From NCBI GenBank assembly GCA_038889235.1, contig JAWAHN010000002.1:314356-346355 (forward strand): a stretch of DNA of 32,000 nucleotides, in the 5' to 3' direction. Each line of letters starts with the position of its first letter. Within the stretch, counting starts at the first letter, position 1. The stretch is from Candidatus Jordarchaeales archaeon (GTDB lineage: Archaea > Asgardarchaeota > Jordiarchaeia > Jordiarchaeales > Freyrarchaeaceae). Position numbers and translations under genes: made by a program. Shown here in pieces: positions 26,326 through 32,000 of the stretch. Below the pieces are notes generated by a model that was given only the letters and a program-made list of their open reading frames with translations, had not been told where the DNA came from and searched no databases.

Positions 26326-27540
26326 CTATTTCAAAGGATGCTTTCGCGTGGCTCCGAGAACCGATGGAACCAAGCCGAGGAGCGCCCTAGCTATCAGCTC
26401 AACCTCCACTTCCCTCGTCCCCTCGTATATTTCCAGTACACGCACATCCCTGTACATCCTCGAGACCGCTTGGTCCCCCATGAACCCGTAGCCACCGTGA
26501 ATCTGAAGCGCCTCATTAACAACACTCTGCGCGACACGCGCAGCAAAGTATTTAGCCATCGCGGTAAGGCCCGGGTCCGGTTTCCCCCTGTCCGCTGCCA
26601 TCCCGGCTTGGAGCGCTAGGAGTCTCGCAGCCTCAATCTTGGTCCTCATCACCGCCAGCTTCTCCCTGATAGCTTGAAACTCGACGAGCCTCCTTCCAAA
26701 AGCCTCCCTGTTCTTAGCGTACTCCACCGCTATGTCGAACGCTCCCTGAGCTATACCCACAGCCTGGAAAGCCGTGTGTACGCGTGTAAGGTTAAAAAAC
26801 TCCATCGCTTGGCGGAACCCCTCACCCTCCACTCCGACAAGATTGTCCCTTGAAACCCTCACATTGTTGAAGTACACCTCAGCAGTGTCACTTGCCCTTA
26901 TACCAAGCTTATTGGTTAATTTCTTCGCCTCCAGCCCGGGGGTTCCACGCTCAACAATAAAAACACTTAAACCCTGCTGCCTCCTAGAAGGATTAACCTC
27001 GGTTCTAGCTAGAACTATGTAGTAGTCCGCTATCGACCCATTCGTTATAAAAGTCTTCACCCCGTTAATAACGTAGTAATCTCCATCCCTCTCAGCCTGC
27101 GTTTTGATCCCAGCAATGTCGCTCCCAGCCTGCGGCTCGGTGAAACAGGCACAGCATATCTTCTCCCCTCTCGCTAAAGGCGGCAAGTACTTTCTTTTCT
27201 GCTCCTCGCTCCCGAACAAGAGGAGCATCTCAGAACCAAACGTCGTCGAGAGAATCATTCCGAGACCAGCGTCCACACGCCAAAACTCTTCGACGGCAAG
27301 GCAGTAGGCGAGGAAGCCCACCCCTTGGCCACCGTACTCCTCTGGAATGTGGAGCCCGATAAACCCTAGGCTTGCCGCCTTCCTAAACAAGTCAAACGGG
27401 AACTTCTCCTCCCTGTCGCACTCCTCAACATACTTAGGGAACTCCTTTTCAGCGAACTCACGTGCAGCATCCCTAACGGCCTTCTGCTCGTCGCTCAGCA
27501 TCATGTCTATCAACAAAACAATGCACCCCGCCAGCGTCAC
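26326..27540 (-). CDS. Acyl-CoA dehydrogenase
   Basis: IPEEYGGQG, FTEPQAGSD, INGVKTFITNG, KLGIRASDT, QIHGGYG, RMYRDVRVLEIYEGT (catalytic Glu motif). Confidence 0.95.
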   Translation of the reverse strand: MTLAGCIVLLIDMMLSDEQKAVRDAAREFAEKEFPKYVEECDREEKFPFDLFRKAASLGFIGLHIPEEYGGQGVGFLAYCLAVEEFWRVDAGLGMILSTTFGSEMLLLFGSEEQKRKYLPPLARGEKICCACFTEPQAGSDIAGIKTQAERDGDYYVINGVKTFITNGSIADYYIVLARTEVNPSRRQQGLSVFIVERGTPGLEAKKLTNKLGIRASDTAEVYFNNVRVSRDNLVGVEGEGFRQAMEFFNLTRVHTAFQAVGIAQGAFDIAVEYAKNREAFGRRLVEFQAIREKLAVMRTKIEAARLLALQAGMAADRGKPDPGLTAMAKYFAARVAQSVVNEALQIHGGYGFMGDQAVSRMYRDVRVLEIYEGTREVEVELIARALLGLVPSVLGATRKHPLK

Positions 27541-28835
27541 GGCTCCGTGTAACGTTTGGCGATCAAATCAGCATCGTAGTACTTTTTCTCGTAGCTTTCT
27601 ATGACATCCTCAGCAGCCTCGAGACTCAGAACTTCAACTGTCCCATCCTCTATCTGAAGTGCCCTAGCGTCCCTGAAAAGCTTCTCAATTATCATCTCCT
27701 TACTCAGCCCATATGCACCGAACACCTGAAGAGCTTCGTCCGCAACCTCGTATGCGATCCTTTTAGCATACACCTGTGCCATCCTAGCATGCCTCGGCGA
27801 AGCGTCAAATGACCTTTTTTCGAATATTCTGCGGTGCGTGTACTCCATGGCTTTCCTAACATAGTAGCGGGCAGACTCAACCTTCTCGAACATCCTGTAT
27901 AGGGCAAGCTTAATGTTCTTGTGCTTAACCAGCGGAACACCACCCTGAACCCTCTGCCTAGCATATCTCAATGCCTCCTCGAACGCCGCTCTCGCAAGCC
28001 CAACCGAGAAGGCGCCGACAGCACAACTAGTTAAGCAAAGTAACTGGTCTGCAAAAATACCATAAAACGGCCCCGGCGGGACAACCACGTAGTCTTCGGG
28101 TATTCTCACCTCGTTGAAGAAAAGCTCCCCTTGGGGGCAGTCCCTCATACCGAGCATGTCAACAGGCTTACCCTTTTCAACACCTTTGACGTTCAGAGGT
28201 ACTATGCAGAATATTCCGTCGGCGAGGCTTCTCCCATCGGCGAGCTGGGCGTGCAGCCCGCAGTGAGTCGCCACAGGCGCTGCGGAAACCCAAGCCGACT
28301 TTTGCCCACTTATAACCCATTCTTCCCCATCCTTTCTCGCCTTGACGTTGCCTTTACCATACTTCAAGTAGTCTTCATCTCTTATTATCATCAGGTAGTC
28401 GCTTCCATGCTCGGGCTCGGTAACCCCCCAGCACCCGTGAAATTTTCCTTCAGTGTCGTTCAGCCACTCCGAGACAAGCTCCATGAGCTTCTCCGACCCA
28501 GTCAGCGCGGCTGCAGAGAACGGTATGGAATCCACGCCTATCGCCGTTGCGAGACCCAAGCTCCCCCACCCAAGCTCCTCCATTATGATGTACCTCTGAA
28601 GCGGAGTTAGGTTTAAGCCGCCGAGCTCAGGGGGAACATGGAGCTTGTGATATCCAAGCTTCTTCATCTCCCTGATAACTTTAAAGTAAGGTGAAGAAGG
28701 CTTCACCCTCTCCTCAGGTGGCATCTTGTCGAGTGCCACCGAAGCCGGACGCACGACTTCTTCAACAAACCTGTGAACCTCACTTTTGAGAAGCTCGTCC
28801 TCCTCGCTTAACTCGTCAAGATCAAGATAAGCCAA
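27537..28835 (-). CDS. Acyl-CoA dehydrogenase (second, divergent paralog)
   Basis: VTEPEHGSD, ISGQKSAWVS, LGMRDCPQG, QVFGAYG and KLFRDARALQIEDGT. TTG at 28835 after GGAGGTGGAGG is preferred over 28889. Confidence 0.92.
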   Translation of the reverse strand: MAYLDLDELSEEDELLKSEVHRFVEEVVRPASVALDKMPPEERVKPSSPYFKVIREMKKLGYHKLHVPPELGGLNLTPLQRYIIMEELGWGSLGLATAIGVDSIPFSAAALTGSEKLMELVSEWLNDTEGKFHGCWGVTEPEHGSDYLMIIRDEDYLKYGKGNVKARKDGEEWVISGQKSAWVSAAPVATHCGLHAQLADGRSLADGIFCIVPLNVKGVEKGKPVDMLGMRDCPQGELFFNEVRIPEDYVVVPPGPFYGIFADQLLCLTSCAVGAFSVGLARAAFEEALRYARQRVQGGVPLVKHKNIKLALYRMFEKVESARYYVRKAMEYTHRRIFEKRSFDASPRHARMAQVYAKRIAYEVADEALQVFGAYGLSKEMIIEKLFRDARALQIEDGTVEVLSLEAAEDVIESYEKKYYDADLIAKRYTEP

Positions 28836-28994
28836 ACACCTCCACCTCCCTAGGAACACTACTCTGTAAAATAATTTGAAAGAGAACATCGTTTTAATGA
28901 ATTTTTTGCTAACGATCTAATCGAAAAAAGGAAGAGAAAGTGCTTAACTACTAAAAGGCGCTTTCACGTCTTGGATTTGGCACATCGGCGGGTG

Positions 28995-29801
28995 CTATAC
29001 TGAGAGGAAGCCTCCATCGACCGCTACAACTGCCCCCTGCATGTAACTTGCTAAGTCACTGGCAAGAACTAGAGCTATACGAGCTACCTCGTCCGGGTCC
29101 CCAAATCTTCCTAAAGGCAGCCTACTTATGAAGTACTGAGCCGACTTCGTGGGGTCTCTTCCCTTCTCGGCAAGCTCTCTGGCAGCCTTCTCCACGCCTG
29201 GGGTCAGTATACCTCCAGGAAGTATAACGTTAATTCTGAACCCTTTCTCGCCGTAGTCTCGAACCAGAGATCTTGAAAGCGCGATCACCCCTGCTTTCGC
29301 CATGGTGTAGTGTGCTGTCTCGTGCTCGAAAGCCAGCAGAGCTTCTATGCTGCCCACGTTTATGATAACTCCCCCCTTGTCCAGTCTCCTCCTAATCATG
29401 TGCTGGCACATCCAGAAAACAGCTTTAAGGTTGACGGCGAGAACCTTCTCCAGGAACTCCTCGTCGACCTCTAGGAAGTCTCTGAAAGGGTAAATTCCCG
29501 CATTGTTTATGAGTATGTCCGGCTCTCTGCCCTCAAGCTTGCTCCACAGCACGTCTATCTCCTTCTTCTTGGAAAGGTCGACCTTATGGACGTTGACTTC
29601 GACGTTGAACTTTGAAGCTTCATCCCTAACACTTTTCAAGCCCTCCAGATTGATGTCGACTAGTTCCAGGTTCGAGCCAGCCTCAGCAAACCTCAACGCC
29701 ATTGCTCTTCCTATGCCCGAAGCAGCTCCAGTGATAAGGCTCCTCTTTCCGCGTAGCGAAACCAAGTCTGAGAGGCTCCTAAAACTCTTGCTCAAAATCA
29801 T
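28995..29801 (-). CDS. Short-chain dehydrogenase/reductase (classical SDR, FabG-like)
   Basis: TGAASGIGRA, NNAGI, VGS, YTMAK (YxxxK) and RLPLGRFGDPDEVA...VDGG. Confidence 0.92.
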   Translation of the reverse strand: MILSKSFRSLSDLVSLRGKRSLITGAASGIGRAMALRFAEAGSNLELVDINLEGLKSVRDEASKFNVEVNVHKVDLSKKKEIDVLWSKLEGREPDILINNAGIYPFRDFLEVDEEFLEKVLAVNLKAVFWMCQHMIRRRLDKGGVIINVGSIEALLAFEHETAHYTMAKAGVIALSRSLVRDYGEKGFRINVILPGGILTPGVEKAARELAEKGRDPTKSAQYFISRLPLGRFGDPDEVARIALVLASDLASYMQGAVVAVDGGFLSV

Positions 29802-29897
29802 CCCCCTCCATTACAAACTCTATAGCCACCACTAACAACTAATAAAGGTAGAGGTAGCTGCAAGCAGCCCTATGCAGAGGCCACTTTCACCGGGCTT

Positions 29898-30170
29898 CTA
29901 CGATATTTCCATAGTCCTAGTGTTGCTTTCCATGTCGTGGAATATTTTCAGCGTGACCTCTCTGTTTGGTGTCACCGTTACCTTCCCCGGAGCAACCTCC
30001 ACTGTGCACCCGTCGATCTTCGCGCTCTTGACGGATTCTTCAGTTACCGTGGCCTCCTCCCGCTTTCCCTCCTTTGAAACCTCCAGTATTATTGTGACCT
30101 GCCACCCCTCTCGTTCAGGAGTCAGTTCAATCCTGTGAAAGCGGTCATATGTAATCGTCTTCTTAACCAC
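29898..30170 (-). CDS. Hypothetical small beta-rich protein, 90 aa
   Basis: GTG start with GGAGG upstream and alternating hydrophobic patterns. No family recognised. Confidence 0.65.
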   Translation of the reverse strand: MVKKTITYDRFHRIELTPEREGWQVTIILEVSKEGKREEATVTEESVKSAKIDGCTVEVAPGKVTVTPNREVTLKIFHDMESNTRTMEIS

Positions 30171-30296
30171 TTCAAATTGCCTCCTCTCACCGCCTAAGAC
30201 CGATTCATCCTTAGCTTCTTAACAATATAAAAAGTTTGGAGGAAAACGGTTTTTAACGCGTAACCGCTAATCTGATAGGGTGCGTAAACTCTCGTC

Positions 30297-31715
30297 GTGG
30301 GATTGAATTTGCTTGTTCTTGAAGGCGAAGACGGGAGGAAAGTAAAGGTCTTCGTCGTCGACTTCCACACACACGTGGGAAAGGAAAAGGTCCTAGACGC
30401 CGTAGGGGAGGCCTTCCGCTCCAATACACCAAAACAAACAATAGACTTCTACCATAGGCTCCAATTCGAGTTAAAGGCGTGCATGAACTCCTCCCCCTCA
30501 AGTTACCGCTACAAGCTCGTCGAGCCGCTCACAGAGCCCCCAAAAGCGTTGAAGTCTTTCTATGACTCTTTTGGTGGCATGTGGGGGTGGACGGTAGACC
30601 AGTTTGTTGCCTTCCCCTTCAACGACTACAGAGCCTACTCCACGAAGCCGGGCTTCATGATACCCAACGACATGGTCTTAAAGCGCTCGCTCACACTGCC
30701 ATTCTCCCCTCGGATGCTTGGCTTCGTCAGGGTGGATCCGCACGACGGCGAGGGAGCCGTAAGAGAAGTTGAGAGGTGCGCTGCCGCGGGGGCGAGGGGG
30801 CTAAAACTCCACCCGATATCACAAGGCTTCCTCGACGAGGTGAACTCTAAGGAGGTGCAGGATGTTGTCATCGCAGCTATCAACAACGGGATGCCCGTTA
30901 TCTTTGACTGCCGGTACTACGCGACAGCGGAGGACATTTATGAGCTCGTGCAGTCCATTCGAGGTGCAGTTAAAAGAGAGCGGTTTGCCGTAGTGCTTGC
31001 TCACTCGAGCATGGAGTACACGAAGAAAGGCCTCTACGATATACTAGGCGACCCGAACATATACGGTGATACGTCAGGTGTGAGGGGTGACGACGTGCAG
31101 GTCTTCCTCAAAATGCTTAGAAACAACTTGGGCGATGAGTGGTCTCGCAAAATTCTCTTTGGCACAGACTTCAACTACTTCACTATCCCGCAAGCGGTCG
31201 ACTTTCTCTCTTATCTTTTCACCTGGGACTTTTACGATGAGCTCGACGCAAAGCTGAAAGACGTCGAACGTATACTTGCGGGGAATGCTCTCTCGATGAT
31301 CAAGCCTCACATCGAGTCCCACGGGCACACTTGGGCGATGAAGTTTAGAGGGGAGGCCGGAGAGGCTTTCTCGAGGAACCTGCTCCATAGAGCAGGCTAT
31401 GCTGCGTCGAAGAAGACGGTTGAGACATTAACATATGACCCAGTAGTTCAAGGAAGTGGGGTGGTGGACGCAGAAAGCTTCGTGCTATCACTCCGCCGTG
31501 CCGGAGGCGGGGGTTCGTCGCTGATCGTTAGGAGGGGAGCTAAAAAAACTTTAGTAGCACTTCTAAGCGTTTGTGATGTGGACGCAAGCTTAAGAGTGAG
31601 AAAAACATCCGGAGACTACACAAAAGTAATCCGGGGTGTGGTGTGGGGTAGTGTAGAGGTGGACAACGTCGGCGAAGCTGAGGAGCTGGCGGACAAATTG
31701 ATTCGAGGTTTTTGA
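30297..31715 (+). CDS. Amidohydrolase-superfamily (TIM-barrel) protein with a C-terminal extension
   Basis: VDFHTHVG, GLKLHP, VLAH and ILFGTDF metal-binding motifs. Confidence 0.82.
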   Translation: MGLNLLVLEGEDGRKVKVFVVDFHTHVGKEKVLDAVGEAFRSNTPKQTIDFYHRLQFELKACMNSSPSSYRYKLVEPLTEPPKALKSFYDSFGGMWGWTVDQFVAFPFNDYRAYSTKPGFMIPNDMVLKRSLTLPFSPRMLGFVRVDPHDGEGAVREVERCAAAGARGLKLHPISQGFLDEVNSKEVQDVVIAAINNGMPVIFDCRYYATAEDIYELVQSIRGAVKRERFAVVLAHSSMEYTKKGLYDILGDPNIYGDTSGVRGDDVQVFLKMLRNNLGDEWSRKILFGTDFNYFTIPQAVDFLSYLFTWDFYDELDAKLKDVERILAGNALSMIKPHIESHGHTWAMKFRGEAGEAFSRNLLHRAGYAASKKTVETLTYDPVVQGSGVVDAESFVLSLRRAGGGGSSLIVRRGAKKTLVALLSVCDVDASLRVRKTSGDYTKVIRGVVWGSVEVDNVGEAEELADKLIRGF

Positions 31716-31813
31716 ATCTTGGAGAGTATAGCTGAATCATTTTTCCAGAATTTTTATACGGTGAAATCTCTCTTTAGAGAATCTCTGGAGAGGCGTGTTA
31801 ATAGGTGATTCAA

Positions 31814-32000
31814 TTGTCCTTGAAACTTGAGGTTGTTAATGCTGGCGCTGCTGATGGGCGCGCATTTATGAACCCGAGCGACATGAAGCAGCTTGGAATA
31901 GACGACTTTGACATAGTCGTTTTCATTAACGAGTACGAGGACTGGGGTGCTGTCCAAGTTATATCTAAGAGCGACTGCCCTGAAGGCTACATAATGATTG
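31814..32000 (+). CDS. 5' fragment of a protein with a Cdc48/VAT N-domain-like (double-psi beta-barrel) start
   Basis: Not in the ORF track. TTG at 31814 after GGTGA gives MSLKLEVVNAGAADGRAFMNPSDMKQLGIDDFDIVVFINEYEDWGAVQVISKSDCPEGYIMI, open to the window edge. The pattern resembles L.V..A...G.A.I.P..M..LG...GD.V of Cdc48 N-domains. Confidence 0.55.
   Translation, partial: MSLKLEVVNAGAADGRAFMNPSDMKQLGIDDFDIVVFINEYEDWGAVQVISKSDCPEGYIMI

Noticed and set aside
31491-31513. GC-rich hairpin in the amidohydrolase gene as an intron
   Set aside because: The flanks do not form a 4-bp central helix with 3-nt bulges, and the frame is intact.
1-32000. CRISPR array, rRNA, tRNA, transposase or integrase
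   Set aside because: No regularly spaced direct repeats, RNA-gene signatures or mobile-element protein motifs were seen by eye.

Overview
Archaeal chromosomal window. The TACK/Asgard-type Rpo6, thermosome and H4MPT C1 enzymes suggest a Bathyarchaeia-, Methanomethylicia- or Asgard-like organism, but the lineage cannot be fixed from this window. Left to right it holds: divergent ftr (truncated by the window edge) and mtd; a stand-alone encapsulin-type ferritin; a cytoplasmic HtrA; a LeuC/HacA-type dehydratase large subunit; a type II P-type ATPase; an ADP-forming acyl-CoA synthetase / DRTGG protein / creatininase operon; rpoK; a thermosome subunit; a poorly coding 2.3 kb stretch; a glycosylation cluster (GT4, HAD, ATP-grasp, epimerase, aglH); a wHTH regulator; an acyl-CoA oxidation cluster (SDR, two acyl-CoA dehydrogenases, etfBA, a GT-C-like membrane protein, a MaoC hydratase); an amidohydrolase; and the start of a Cdc48-N-like protein. 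The main finding is in leuC/hacA, which looks frameshifted. It is interrupted by a 29-nt insertion (4304-4332, minus strand) that folds with its flanks into a canonical bulge-helix-bulge (BHB) motif. Cutting at the standard tRNA-splicing-endonuclease positions restores a continuous 419-aa protein, so this is a candidate mRNA intron in a metabolic gene. No rRNA, tRNA, CRISPR array or transposase was recognised.
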